Origin: Octopus sinensis
Lineage: Eukaryota
Length of the DNA stretch: 64,000 nucleotides
Assembly (NCBI RefSeq): GCF_006345805.1
Contig: NC_043005.1
Span: 39,432,001-39,496,000 of the forward strand
Direction of reading: 5' to 3'
Numbering within the stretch: position 1 is the stretch's first letter; every line of letters begins with the position of its first letter. This document shows positions 13,135 through 26,279 of the stretch, one piece after another. The translations under genes were made by a program, and so were the position numbers. The notes below the pieces were generated by a model. The model worked only from the letters and a program-made list of their open reading frames with translations, did not search any database and was not told the DNA's origin.

Positions 13135-14215
13135 AACTACTCCAGTTATTACAGGCAGGACATTTACTGTTCGCATGTTCCAATTTCTTCCTATTTCAAA
13201 TTTTAGGGGATTGTATTTTATTTGCTTTTCGTCCTCTTTCTTTACCATCATGGAATCAAATGGGCATGATGGGTCGATACGTAAGCACTTCCGCCCTACT
13301 TTGTCAATGATTGTAATATCTGGTTTATTGTTTTCTAATTTCTTGTCCGTTTGAATTGGAAAGTTCCACAAAATCTTACATTTCTCCAACTCCAGTACTT
13401 TTTCGACTTGATTGTACAATGTGTTTCCAGTTTCAAATCCCCATTCTGGCACAGTTTCTAGTGTAAAACGGTTGCAACCTGGTCATGCCTCTACTTTTTA
13501 TAGTATTCCTGTGCCAATCCGGCTATTTTGTCACAATGTATGCCACTGTCTCGTTCTAACTCCCACAGGCTCTACATTTTTTCTGACACATTCTCTCCAT
13601 ATACTTTTTCTTAAGTTGTTTATCTTTATTGCTTGATCTTGGCCTGCTACAATTAGGCTCTCTGTTTATATTTTTAATTAACCCGTTTTTAACTAAACCC
13701 ATATAAGTCTTCATTGACTCTCCAAAATTTGACCATACAAAGGTATCTCTTCGATCTGTCTGGTGTGCTCTCTTTTTATTTCATTTTTGCCCTCTTCTAT
13801 TAAGCGCTTCATTACCTGTTCTTTCTAAACTACCTTTAGTAATTTTTCAAAGCTGCGCTGTAAATAATCTATTAGACTTTTTCGTTGTATATGGACACAT
13901 ACTTCTACTGCTATTAAACCTCTTCCACCATGGTCTCTCCTCAAATACAGGCGGTTGATATCAGCTTTCAGATGGTTTTCTCCATACATCATCAACAGTA
14001 TTCTAATTTTTCTATCAAATTTCTTTCCTTCGTTTCTTATCCAGCCTATTATTCCAACTCCATATCTATTACTATTTTGCTTACTTCTTTAGCCCATCTC
14101 ATTCTTTTTCTTTTGCACTTTTGACTGCAATTTTGGTCCTGGTCAATAGCCTGATGACGAACTGCTTGAGCCTGATCAGACACTCCCTCCCTGCTGTGCG
14201 CCACCACTTCACTTT
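13135..14215 (-). mobile_element. 5'-truncated R4/Dong-like non-LTR retrotransposon (post-RT region plus restriction-like endonuclease remnant)
   Basis: Translates to RLYLRRDHGGRGL, TESLIVAGQDQAI, KILWNFPIQTDKKLENNKPDITIIDK...IDPSCPFD...K..KY (PD-D/ExK-type REL motif); contains stops and frameshifts. Confidence 0.85.
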
Positions 14216-14216
14216 A

Positions 14217-14249
<33 letters not shown>

Positions 14250-14274
14250 ATTATTATTATTAATATTATTGTTA

Positions 14275-14314
<40 letters not shown>

Positions 14315-14334
14315 CATTATTATTATTATTATTA

Positions 14335-14388
<54 letters not shown>
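14216..14388. repeat. (ATT)n / (TAA)n tract between two LINE copies
   Basis: Directly visible. Confidence 0.95.
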
Positions 14389-14389
<1 letters not shown>

Positions 14390-15121
14390 TCATTTGCAGA
14401 GCTTCTAACGATGGAGATGTACTATGGTGTCCGCTGTTCACTACCAGTGAACTAAGATAACACCTCTTATTTTTCGAGCACCTTCCGGAGTATTCGAGCG
14501 GTTCCAAGCACTGCTGTTTTCTGTAAGTGCTCCACCCTTATTGCAGCCCCTTTTTCTTCCACGTACTTCACGTGATTTTTGCTCACTGTTCCCAGGTCTC
14601 CGACAATTATTGGTACTAGTGCTAACTTTTTCAGCGGCCAAAACTGCTTAACATCCCAAGCTAAACTCACATATCTATCGACTTTTCTTTCATCCTTATC
14701 GTATACCTTGTTGTCAGCTGGGTATGCTATATCTATGATCCAGCATAGATATAGTTTGTTTCTTATATCGATTAAGACTATGTTTCGCTTCTTATTCTCT
14801 ATCTCATAAAATCCTATAGGATCTTTGCATTTTTATTTTCGACGCTGCCTTCTGGTTTGTGGTCGTACCAATTTTTTGCTCTGTCAAGGTCATAATTGTT
14901 GCAAAGTGTCCAGTGGACAAACCTGGCTATATTGTCGTGGCCTCTCTTATATTCCTTCTGAGCTAGTGGCGTACATTGGCTGGTAATATGCCATACTGTT
15001 TCACCATCTTTTCCACAGATTCTGCACTTATCACTTTCTAATGTGTTGTCTATTCTGTATTTTATGTAGTTTGCCCTTAGTGCCTGCTCTTGGGCAGCCT
15101 CCGTTTCCGGTTTTAAATCAC
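14389..15121 (-). mobile_element. 5'-truncated R4/Dong-like element with 3' UTR, bounded by (TAA)n on both sides
   Basis: AAQEQAL...KCRICGKDGETVWHITSQCTPLAQKEYKRGHDNIARFVHWTLC (CCHC knuckle), IIDIAYPAD and LQKTAVLGTARILRKVLEK*, then a ~75-nt UTR running into TAA repeats. Confidence 0.9.
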
Positions 15122-15155
15122 TTATTATTATCATTATTGTTGTTATTATTATCAT

Positions 15156-15198
<43 letters not shown>

Positions 15199-16009
15199 CA
15201 CCGCTGTCGTCAACATCATTGTTATTGTTGTTGTTGTTGCTATTGTTGTTGATATCACTTGTCATTGATACTTCTAATCGAATTGTCAGTCTTCGATTAT
15301 TGCATAGTTTTTTATTGTCGTCATTGTTCAAAGTATACAGATGTTTAATCCTGCTACATCGATTTGAATATTCCAAAGTCTGGCCTGGTTTAGAATATTC
15401 TGAATAGATTACAGGCGTATTATTATTGCACCTTTTTTCCTATTCAAGTTTCATAATGCTGACATAGTTTCATGTTTACACTAATATTTCACAATGCTGT
15501 GCTTATACCACCTCTTTTTATCTTTTAGGGGTTTATAAAATAAGTACCAGTTGTTTAGCACTGGGTCCCATGCAGTCGACTTCTCATTCTCCTGAAAATT
15601 GCTGGCCTTGTGCCAAAATTAGGAAGAAACGTTTCATAATACTGGTATAGTTTAATGTTTATATTGCTTCTTTCCTGCTATTTCATAATGCTAACTTTAC
15701 TTTCAAAGTACATAACACACAACTCTATTATGTGTTTAAGCAGCGGGAGAAATTGTGACTGTTTCTTTCCAATATATTCTGCAGTGTGCAAATTTATTGT
15801 GGTTCCTGATAAAAGGTGTTTTTGATCCTCTGCTGTTATCAACATTCCTCAGACTCAGCTGCCATCCTGCGATTCCAAGCCGCTGTTACGAATTTTCTTT
15901 TTCCTTTCTCAATCACTTCACTTCCTTTCACTCTCTTAGATTTCTTGGCCCTATTGATATATTTTCTGTTATGGCTTTCCCCAACATTATGCAGCTCTAT
16001 TTTTTTCGC

Positions 16010-16816
16010 TTAGTGTTTAGGTTTTGCATCTTTTATATGGTTTACAACGTGCTTGATATGAAAACGTGTGTCAAAACAGATTTTGTGGTATACTGGAAAG
16101 GCCGTTATTCCAATAATAATGACAGGCACAGTTTCGATTTCACTTATTTTATTATTATTTCTCAATTAGCTAACCAATTAGCTGATCCATTGCTTCATTA
16201 ATCATTCGGTCGATCAATCAGCTAGATTTGTCAATGTCCTTTCTCACCATCCCCGACCACTACAATGACCTGCCCACTTATAGCAGATCTGTCTGTCTCC
16301 AAGTTTTCAGATTGTTCGCAATTTCTATTCTTTGGAGTTTTTCCTTTATGATTATCAGTCTTCATTTCATCTGTTTTATTAGTTTTAGCTTCTTTTAAGA
16401 CATAAAACAGTTTTTAAACTTGTACTTCATCACTATTTCTACTTCTTCTCTATCATTGTTTTTAATTATTGTTTAATAAGAATTTTAATGTCTTCTAATA
16501 ATTTTCACGTTGCATAAACCCTCTACTCTCCAATATTTGTGGTAAATGTAGACATTCTGTATTAGATTTTAAGTGACAGTTACAACGGTTATTTTCTTTT
16601 ACGTTTACGTCCAGTGTTGCTTTCTTTTCTTCCTAGATGGAAAGCAATAAAACTTGTACTTTCAAAGAATTAATAATTAAAGTAAATGTAAAACACTAGA
16701 TTGTTTAAAGCTGTACTCAGCTTTTTTCGTACCGTCGAAACATCTTTTGACAGACTATGCACAAAAATACTAGTATAGATAAAAACGCTGGGAATAATCA
16801 TCCGTCTACTCATCAT
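16010..16816 (-). CDS. Speculative 4-exon ORF for a small secreted protein (~138 aa); exons 16816-16733, 16632-16527, 16391-16248, 16092-16010
   Basis: N-terminus MMSRRMIIPSVFIYTSIFVHSLS resembles a signal peptide; GT-AG sites are phase-compatible (0,1,1). No homology recognised, the exon-2 donor is weak and was chosen to fit, and the introns are unusually short. Confidence 0.22.
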
Positions 16817-18264
16817 TTTTGCAAATGTTAAACAGCAAACAACAATGAAGGCAGTAGACAACCCTGAAGCAGAACATTTCGTTTTGTTTATTTTTGGTTT
16901 TATTTTTTGTTTTGTTTTATATTTTCCTTGAGGGGCTCTTTTTCTTACCCAACATAAAAAAAGCATTTACTTTAGAATATGTTCTCATCGCAGCTCTTCA
17001 GAGAAAATTTTTTTGCACATTGTGCTAAAGTTTTCAAACTTTCTGTAATTCTTATCGACTTTCAAAAACATAAAGATAAGATTTTTCTTCAAAATATACT
17101 AAAAATCAAAGTATGACAAACGTTTATTTATTATCTTTTTTTTTATATTTTAGAAGAAATTGTTTTGAAACTAATTTACATTGGAGAGATAAGCTTTTAA
17201 AGTTTCAATAGATAGAACAGTACCACGTACATCGACTATTACATTCCAATATACAGACAAACAGACAGGCGGACATATAGACAGATATAGATATATAGAT
17301 AAGTATGCATGTATGTATGTGTATTTTTGTGTGATATATATATATGTTTGCATGTATGTATGTATGTATGTATGTATGTAAGTATACACACACAATCGCA
17401 CACACACACACATATATATATACATATATATACATACTTACATATACACACAAATGAAAATATGTGTATGTAAAAATATCTGTGTGCTCGCGCACGAACT
17501 TGTGTGTGTGTCTGTGTGTGTGTCTGTGTGTGTGTGTGTATGTGTGTACGTATATATGTACACACATAGTTATTTACATGTATACGTACAAATTTAAGTA
17601 TGTATGTGTTTGTGTGTATTGGCTGTTGAATAACTCCAAATGACAGCTATGCTTGCATAACGGTTGAATTGTCTTCTTGTAGAATTCGTTCGACCTGCAC
17701 CAAAATTACGCATCGCTTCAAATATTAGACCAAAGTTTGGAATAACCAAAGTGCTTTCTGCATATGAAGCTCTTCTCAAAACATTTCAACATCTTTGCTT
17801 TCTGTTCGTCATCCTTCAGCTAATTATTTAGTTATTGCTTTTCTGGTTATCATTTTTGATTTTTTTGTTGTAGAAGTTCTCTCTCTCTTCACCAACTTCT
17901 TATCTCATACTTTTATTTTTAATTCTTATAGTTTGTTCTCACTTCTCTTCGAATCTATGCTTTTTGTTTTGTTCTCCTCTTTCGTTCTCCCTCCCTTTCT
18001 TCGATTATTATTCTTCGTTTTTTTTTTGTTTGTTTGTTTTTTTCTTTTCGTGAGTGTGAGATTTCATTTTTTAGCTTACGCTCAAAAAAACTGTACCTAA
18101 TACAATTTTCTACAGAATGTCGTCTGCAATTGCATTGTCAGTCACTGCACTTTTATTTTTATAAATAATTACTTCTTACGAAACAGAGATACCCTACTTT
18201 TTTGTCCAGAAAGCACGAAGGATGAAGTTACAACATACATTCGAAAACAGTAGATCGGTAGAAT

Positions 18265-18435
18265 CCTTGGCACGTCGGAAAACATGCTTAGTGGCATATC
18301 TTCCGACTCTTTACATTCTGAGTTCAAATGCCGCCAAAGTCAACTTTGTCCTTTATCCCTTCTATACCGATAAAATAAAGTATCACAGAAGTATTGGGGT
18401 AGATGTAATCGACTTGCACCTTTTCCCTCAAGGAT
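18265..18435 (+). mobile_element. Diverged SINE family B copy
   Basis: ATTCTGAGTTCAAATGCCGCCAAAGTCAACTTTGTCCTTT aligns to the rc of 3085-3132. Confidence 0.65.
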
Positions 18436-19927
18436 AATGTGATCTCGGTCATTTATATGCCATCTAAACTCGATAAGCAGTGTTGAGTCTTAGAGCTTGA
18501 GAAAATAAAATAACATTCGTGCCTTGTATATCAAGTCATTGTATACATCTTTCTGTTTTTCGTTTGATGTTTCAGTTGACTTGTTACTGTAACTATCTTA
18601 TTAATCGATTCCTCTACTAGTTGCTCTGTTTAGTGAGAAAATAATGACTTGTTAATTCGGTGAGTAAATGTTTTGTTAGCTGTATGAATTTTCTGGCAGA
18701 TTTGCCAGAGAAATTTTATTAAGCATCCTATACTTCTCAGAATATAGTTCTTTAACCATATATTCGAGTTGCATTTCATTTCAATCAATTAACTCATAAA
18801 TATAAGATATATTTCCCTCAAACAATCCTTAAATCTCCAAATTCACGCACGAAAGCAGTTTGCAATTTAAGAGTTTAAATAATTCATCGAAGCCAGAGAT
18901 TTATATGCGAACATGAAACAACAGACTTATATTAAGGCATGTTAAAATGAATAGCATAAAAGACGAAGATTAATAGTTTTTATGCAAAATATTTAGGCTG
19001 TGCATTTCAAATATTTATAGAGTGTAATTACCGATGAAAAATCTGCATAATTATTTTAATGTGTATTTATAATATTTAAATGGGAATTAAGTCACTTCCT
19101 GTTTTCTCTATCTCTATAACGTAATTCATATCGTGATATTTTAAACATTTTTCTTTCAAAATTCTCTTTGGCATTGATGAATGCAATATAATTTATGAGC
19201 TATAGCAATAAAGAGGTGATGAGTGGGAAAAAATAGTGAGTCACTGCATTAAATGACAAATATTATATTTAGTTTCCGCCTTTCTAATTTGAAATCCTGT
19301 CATGTCCGACTGTACCTTTCATCCCTATGGGTTAAGTAAAAATAAATGGCTCGAATGTGGATCGTTTCAATCGACAACTCGTCTCCACTGCAAAAGCTGG
19401 ATGTGCGCCAAGTTGAAATGGAATCAATATAGAGAGATTCTAAATAGCAGAAGGTCGTCACTGCAGTTTGACATTGATAAATTTCAGGCCAAAATAATAT
19501 TTATCTTCTAATTATTTCAGTCATTCGACTGGGGCCAGACGACCACGTGCTTTTGGGTTCAGCCCCGTTGCGTGGCACTTAATCCGGATCGACAAATACA
19601 ACATATTTGGTAGACAGAAACTGAATGGAATCTCATCCTGTGTGTATATATATATAACAAAACAAGAAATTGGAGATTTTGGGGTATTATTTATTCACCA
19701 TTACACATGTTTCATAATAGGAATTCCAACGTTTTGCATGTTAGATAGACATATAAAGAATTTCCAATTAGAAATTCTTCAAACAGAAATAATATAATAC
19801 GAATTTTACATTTGAATAAAGAGTTTATATTAAGATAATCAGGAACAGCGCAGACAGCCACGATGAGGGAAGAAAAAAGACACGCATACTCACACATATA
19901 TACTAGTACATACGCAAATATGTACAA

Positions 19928-20018
<91 letters not shown>

Positions 20019-20184
20019 TACCAGATTTAATCTTAGACGTCAATTTAATCGAATAAACTGGTGAAGGTGGTACCCTAGCTGGGTCACAGTCCAATGGGGG
20101 AAATAAGTTTAATGCAAAAAATTCAAACATGGAATGGCACTAACTGTAATATCATGCCTCAGCGCTTTATATTTTTTAAGAAAG

Positions 20185-20395
20185 TATAAGAACTGGCAGA
20201 ATTGTCAGCGCATTGAACACAATGCTTAACGGCATTTCATCCGCTCTTTACATTATGAGCTCAAATTCCGCCGAGGTCAGCCTTTCTTTCATCTTTTGGG
20301 AATCGATGAAATAATGAACGAGTCAAGTGCTGGAGTCAATGTTATCGTAATACCTTCTCCCCTCAAATCTGCAGGCCTTGCACCAAAAGTAGGAG
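20185..20395 (+). mobile_element. Diverged SINE family B copy
   Basis: GAGCTCAAATTCCGCCGAGGTCAGCCTTTCTTTCATC aligns to family B. Confidence 0.65.
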
Positions 20396-20952
20396 TGAAG
20401 AGTTATTCAGTATAACTAATGTCACATACTGTGACAAGTTAAAATTTTCTAGACTAGTTTAACCAATTTCTTGATATTACTTCAAATATATATATTTCAT
20501 AAATATTTTGGACGTCCTATATATTAAGAAATTCGAGGGCAAACAATATAGTATTTCATTGGCGTTCGATTCAGCTCTTCACAACTCCGGATCAACCCTG
20601 ATTGATCAGACCTTTAAACATAGTATTTCAGTCTATTTTAAGCTTTTTTTTTTAAATAGAGCCTATCTAGGACTACACTATTTAACATGTTTTTCCTTCT
20701 TCATGTCGGTAATAATTTGATAAAGATTTTACTGCTATTAGTAAGTAGCCAAACCAATTCGTTTTCTTTATGTATTTTATATACGGTGTATCTGGGTGCC
20801 CAATTTTAAAAAAATAATATGTATCGAACCAGCATTAAGTAAAACTATTATTGATAAGAACCCTGCATTAATTTGATATCTGAAACCTACTTATATTTTA
20901 CTCACTCAACACAGTAACATATGATATTATCTCAGGGATTTATTTTATAGAT

Positions 20953-21363
20953 ACTCTTTTACTCTTTTACTTGTTTCAGTCATTTGACTGCGGCCATGCT
21001 GGAGCACCGCCTTTAATCGAGCAACTCAACCCTGGGACTTATTCTTTTGTAAGCCCAGTACTTATTCTATCGGTCTCTTTTGCCGAACCGCTAAGTAACG
21101 GGGACATAAACACACCAGCATCGGTTGTCAAGCAATGCCAGGGGGACAAACACAGACACACAAACACACACACACACACATATATATATATACATATATA
21201 CGACAGGCTTCTTTCAGTTTCCGTCTACCAAATCGATTCACAAGGCATTGGTCGGCCCAGGGCTATAGCAGAAGACACTTGCCCAAGATGCCACGCAGTG
21301 GGGCTGAACTCGGAACCATGTGGTTGGTAAACAAGCTACTTACCACACAGCCACTCCTGCGCC
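20953..21363 (-). mobile_element. Full-length tRNA-derived SINE (family A, CORE-like motif)
   Basis: rc begins GGCGCAGGAGTGGCTGTGTGGTAAG (A-box-like), has a B-box-like GAGTTCAGCCCC, a CTTGGGCAAGTGTCTT core-like motif, an internal (TA)/(TG) tract and a GTAAAAGA-repeat tail; multiple homologues in the window. Confidence 0.88.
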
Positions 21364-21564
21364 TATGTACAGAAATGTATCTATGTGCAGATATGTACAG
21401 AAATATAACTTGTTCCACATAGAATTCCATATTTTTAAACGGAAACACACATTTGATTTTTCTTTAATTTTTCTTTGAGGAGTAATATATACTGTTCTAA
21501 CGTCAATATATATTTTTTCAGTTACGAGGTTACATGCAATTAATAGAATCCAATACAATCAAAA

Positions 21565-21700
21565 GCATGGCTGCGTGGTTAGGAAGATCGCTTAGCAACT
21601 AATTTGTTGCAGGTTCAGTTCGAATGAGTTGCACCAAGGGTGGGTGTTTTCTCATATAACTCTGGGCCGACCAATACCTTGTAAGTTAATTTGGTATATA
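21565..21700 (+). mobile_element. SINE family A head, diverged
   Basis: GCATGGCTGCGTGGTTAGGAAG...GGTTCAGTTCG...GGGCCGACCAATACCTTGTAAG. Confidence 0.6.
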
Positions 21701-21824
21701 TATAGAATGGCTGCAATCGGGTGTCTGAATTAAATTAAAGAGTATATATATATATATATGTATATGTATATATACTCCTTAACTTGTTTATGTCACCCGA
21801 CTGCAGCCATACTGGAACAGCGCT

Positions 21825-21925
<101 letters not shown>

Positions 21926-22220
21926 ACATTTCTAAATCTCTCAGAGAGATATAAGCTGTGGTGGTACGATAGAGTAGTTGAATACTGTCAACTTAATGTG
22001 ACAGCCCCATGAAGGGAATCACACCACCGCTAACCAGCCCTAGGAAGCATCAACGCAGTATTCAACTACTCTATAGTATTCAACTAGTATTTATATATGA
22101 TTATTAGCAACAACAGCTGTTTTAATACCAAAAGTTGCTAAAAGTCGATGTCGCCATAATTATTTTTTAATAAGCCCACTGGCTATTCGCGACACCTGTT
22201 TAAGTACTGAAATTCCATAT

Positions 22221-22372
22221 ATGTCGCTAGCAGATATATCGCTGCTATCTCCAGCGTTCGAGCACCTACCATAAACAAGGTCAAGGAAGGCCGACCACAT
22301 GATCGAGTAGTCTCGGCGGCGGCGATCGCGGATGATTTATTTCCCCGCTAGCGATGTAAACAAGATCGAAAA
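22221..22372. repeat. Short CpG-rich imperfect inverted-repeat element
   Basis: TCGCTAGCAGATATATC vs rc TCGCTAGCGGGGAAATAAATC; the same motif recurs at 26390-26430 and 26648-26680. Confidence 0.45.
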
Positions 22373-23922
22373 CCAATATGAGAGCTTCTCTCATGGTAAC
22401 TACTGCAGTATTTTGTGTAGTAGCACAACTTGCAACGCAATCAAAATAAATAGAGTAAGAAAAGAATTTGGTTGGCAACCTAGACATTTCAGCAAAATCT
22501 CACTCATACACATGTCTTTGTCTTTTGTTTTTCTGTAAATCTGACCTATATATATATATATATATATATATATACTTTTAGACACACATTCCCCAAGAAA
22601 TCAACATATACTTTCTCACTGTCGCCTGTATATTCCGAAAGCATAATTTTCCCAAATAAAGAACACTTCACATTCAAAGCTCCGATGAAGCTGTAGGATG
22701 TTATCTGAACTAAGAGCCCACTGCATCTTATAGTAGAAACTTTTGTAAGCCAATGAAGTTCATTACATAACCTTTGTTTTTCCGGTGTCATCTGTTTTTC
22801 CTATATATATATGTATGTATATATATATATATGTGTGTGCGTGTATGTGCGTATGTGTGTGTGTGTGTGTGTGTATCTGTGTGGGAATATTTTTGTGTAT
22901 TTTGCTTGTCACGCCACCACCATCGCTTGACAAGCGATATTGTTTTGTTAACGTCCTCGTGGCTTAGTGGCACTGCGAAAGGTATGGATAAATACCAGAC
23001 GTTAAAAGATAAATTAAAGATAAATTAAAAGATAAAACATAATTACTGCGATCGATATATTTTCTAGTAAAACCCTTCGAGGAGGTGCCACGCCCCTTGT
23101 CGGCATTGTAAGGTTTGGAACAAGTGAAATGTGAATGGTCGATTTACATTACTCTTATATTGAAAAATATGGAAAAATCTCGCCAAACCATGTTCGTCTT
23201 CAAATTTTATTTTGTAACGGACCGGTTGAGCTGTGGGTTAAAAATATATGGTTGCCATGCTGCTTTATATTCCCATCCTACCAGATTTGTAGCAAGAAAG
23301 GCTGAAAAAAACTTGACTTATGTGTTATCCTTAGACAGAAAACATGATGTATATGATTACGACTGTGCTATAGGGCTAATGTCGAAACAATTTTACCCTT
23401 AATGCTACAGAAAACAATTATCCCAGATATCACTTAGCGGAATCGAACTTGGAATCTTGTGTTAGCGACGCAACCTAAACCACACTGCTAAGCCTAAATA
23501 ATAGGACATCAGATTAGTCGCCTCATCTGTCTCAGAAAACTCACTACAAGGTAACTATGCTGCTGCTACTACTACTACTACTACTACTGCTGTTGCTGCT
23601 GTTGCTGCTACTGCCACTGCCGTTGCTGCTGTTAAAAGTTATTTCTGCTGCTCTGAAGAGGCCATAAAAAGTTAATAAAGCTGACCAGGCATTGAACAGT
23701 GTGTCTCTATTCATAAACAGTCAAGTGGTTGTCAACAGACAGAGCGATTAAAACATGAAAGCTGTGATTTTTGTGATGAATTTTTATGTTTGCGAATATT
23801 TTCTGTACATTAAGTATTTAAAAATGAAAACAAAACAACATATTTTAATATCCATTGAGCCATCTGTGTTAATATGTCACATAAATGATGAGAAGCTCGA
23901 AGTATAGAGGATGACGATAATT

Positions 23923-23948
23923 ACGATGATGATGATGATGATGATGAC

Positions 23949-23979
<31 letters not shown>

Positions 23980-23992
23980 GTGATGATGATGG

Positions 23993-24035
<43 letters not shown>
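23923..24035. repeat. (GAT)n microsatellite
   Basis: Directly visible; another at about 35380-35510. Confidence 0.95.
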
Positions 24036-24036
<1 letters not shown>

Positions 24037-24239
24037 GGATATTTAAGCAATTAACACCTTTAGCATAATTGTGGCAATAATATAGAAGAACCAATATAAG
24101 GCAGTGAGCCTAGGTATTGAGATTGCATGCAGGTATATAAACGTATATGGGCATAAATATATATATATATATATGTATGTATAAATATATATATATATAA
24201 TATAATATATACATATATATTGGTATAACTATATATATG

Positions 24240-24375
<136 letters not shown>

Positions 24376-24820
24376 TATATATATGCACATTCACGCAGAA
24401 GCATATATATCAATATATGAACACACATACATATACACCCATATGTGTGTGTGTACACACATAAAACGTATCTATTTATCATTATTAATGTTTCGGCATA
24501 TAAGAACATAGATATCCTATCGCTATTGTGATTTGCCAACGAACAACACCTCCTATTGTTCTTTGATGTGTGTAGTTTTGACTGATGAAGCACATAATAA
24601 GGTCGATACACCATGGGGTTTCAAAGTTCTTTTACACTATTAGATCACGTGTATATGACAATATATCGCGTAATGGTTACAGATGTTCTCTGTTACGTTA
24701 AACAACAGCGATCAGATAGTCATGGTCAACGCGCTCAGAACATATTACGTAGAATAGAAACTGCTAAAACGTTAAACATTAGATTTTCTCTGTTCCGTTA
24801 TGTATGTAAGTATGTACTTG

Positions 24821-24886
<66 letters not shown>

Positions 24887-24977
24887 GCATGTACGTACGT
24901 ACGGTTTTATGTATGCATGTTTACTCATGTACGTTTTTACGTGGGTATAAGTCACATTATTATATATTATCATTATA

Positions 24978-26232
24978 TCAGGTCATCCCATAAGTTCTGT
25001 ACGAAATTTGAATTAAGAAAACAAGTGATCAAATGTTATATTTAATTGACATTTAATCATCAGTGTACTTTCCTTGATAATCTATGACTTCCTTCCATCT
25101 ATTTGCAAGCTTTTTAATCCCATCAATGTAAAACTCGTTTGGTTTCAAAGCGAAGAATTATGAAATGTCAGTTTCGACCTCCTCTTGGCTTGCGAAAGTC
25201 ATGTCACCCAAATGACTTTGTAAACAACGAAACAAATGGTAGTCTGAAGGAGCAAGGTCGGGAGAATAAGGTGGATGAGGAATTTTTTCCCAACCAAGCT
25301 CTTCAATCTTCTGTGATGTGATCTTTGCAGTGTCGGGTCGCGCATTGTTCTGATGAAACACTCACCTCTTTTCGATTCACTAAAGCGGGTCTTTTTTTCT
25401 TCAAAGCTTGTTTCAAACGCTCTAATTGCTGACAGTAGACTTGAGCATTGATTGTTGCATTAGGTGGTAACAATTGAAAGTGAATTACTCCTTTGCAATC
25501 CCATTAGATAAAGAGAAGAACCTTCTCGGTTTGGTTGAGCTTTTTCCCTTTTACCACCAAGACACTATTTACGACGTTTAACATTTCGATAGAAGACCCA
25601 TTTTTCGTCTCCAGTCACAAGTCTATCTAAAAAGGGTGAAATGAGTTCGCGAGATTGGACAGAAGAGCAGATTTCAACTTGGAATTTGCTGTTGCTTTTG
25701 GACAATTCAGGAGGCACCCATTTTGTAAGTTTAGGAACCTTTCCAAATTGTTGATGATGACGATGAACAGTTAAATGAATTAAGTTTTATTGCCAATTCT
25801 TCAACTGATAAGGCAGGAGTTTCTTCAAGTAATTCCTCAAGGTGCTTATCATCAAACTGGACGTCCTGTTCGATCTAAATCTTCAAGGCTGAAATTTCCA
25901 CTACTGAATTGTGCAAACCACCTTCTGCAAGTTCTTTCATTGAAGCATTCTTTCCCATAAACTGAGTGTTTGTTTCGAGTCGCTTCGGCTGCAGAGTTTC
26001 CGTTTTTGTAGTCTTAAAGCATTATGTGCCTTAATTGCTCTTTAGATACTTCCATGTTAGAAAGGGTTTTAATCAAAGAAATTCTAATTCTGTAAAATAG
26101 TATTTAATTAGTTTAAATGTACACAAATGCATAAAAATAATTTTTAACTCCATTAGGCATTCTGAAATACTATTAAATTTCATTCAATTTTAAAAAAAGG
26201 TAAAATCGGACAGAACTTATGGGATGGCCTGA
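24978..26232 (-). mobile_element. Full-length (1255 bp) non-functional DD34D mariner, cecropia/Hsmar1-like
   Basis: TIRs TCAGGTCATCCCATAAGTTCTGTACGA vs TCAGGCCATCCCATAAGTTCTGTCCGA (25/27 identical), TA TSDs at 24976-24977 and 26233-26234, and a transposase remnant inside. Confidence 0.95.
25053..26055 (-). pseudogene. Mariner transposase pseudogene
   Basis: MEVSKEQLRHIML*...WFAQFSSGNFSLED..R.GRP, KWVPPEL, LVTGDEKW, HQNNARPD (2nd catalytic D is N), PHPPYSPDLAPSDYHLF; stops and frameshifts. Confidence 0.92.
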
Positions 26233-26279
26233 TAGTAATGTGTGTATGTGTATATTACCGACCAGGCAGTATAACGCAA

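Noticed and set aside
21300-21363. tRNA-like A/B boxes
   Set aside because: SINE heads; no complete cloverleaf, so not called as tRNA genes (same for about 2760, 23440 and 48100)
20953-21700. Oppositely oriented family A SINE heads about 200 bp apart as a dsRNA substrate
   Set aside because: The plus copy is too diverged and short for a convincing duplex
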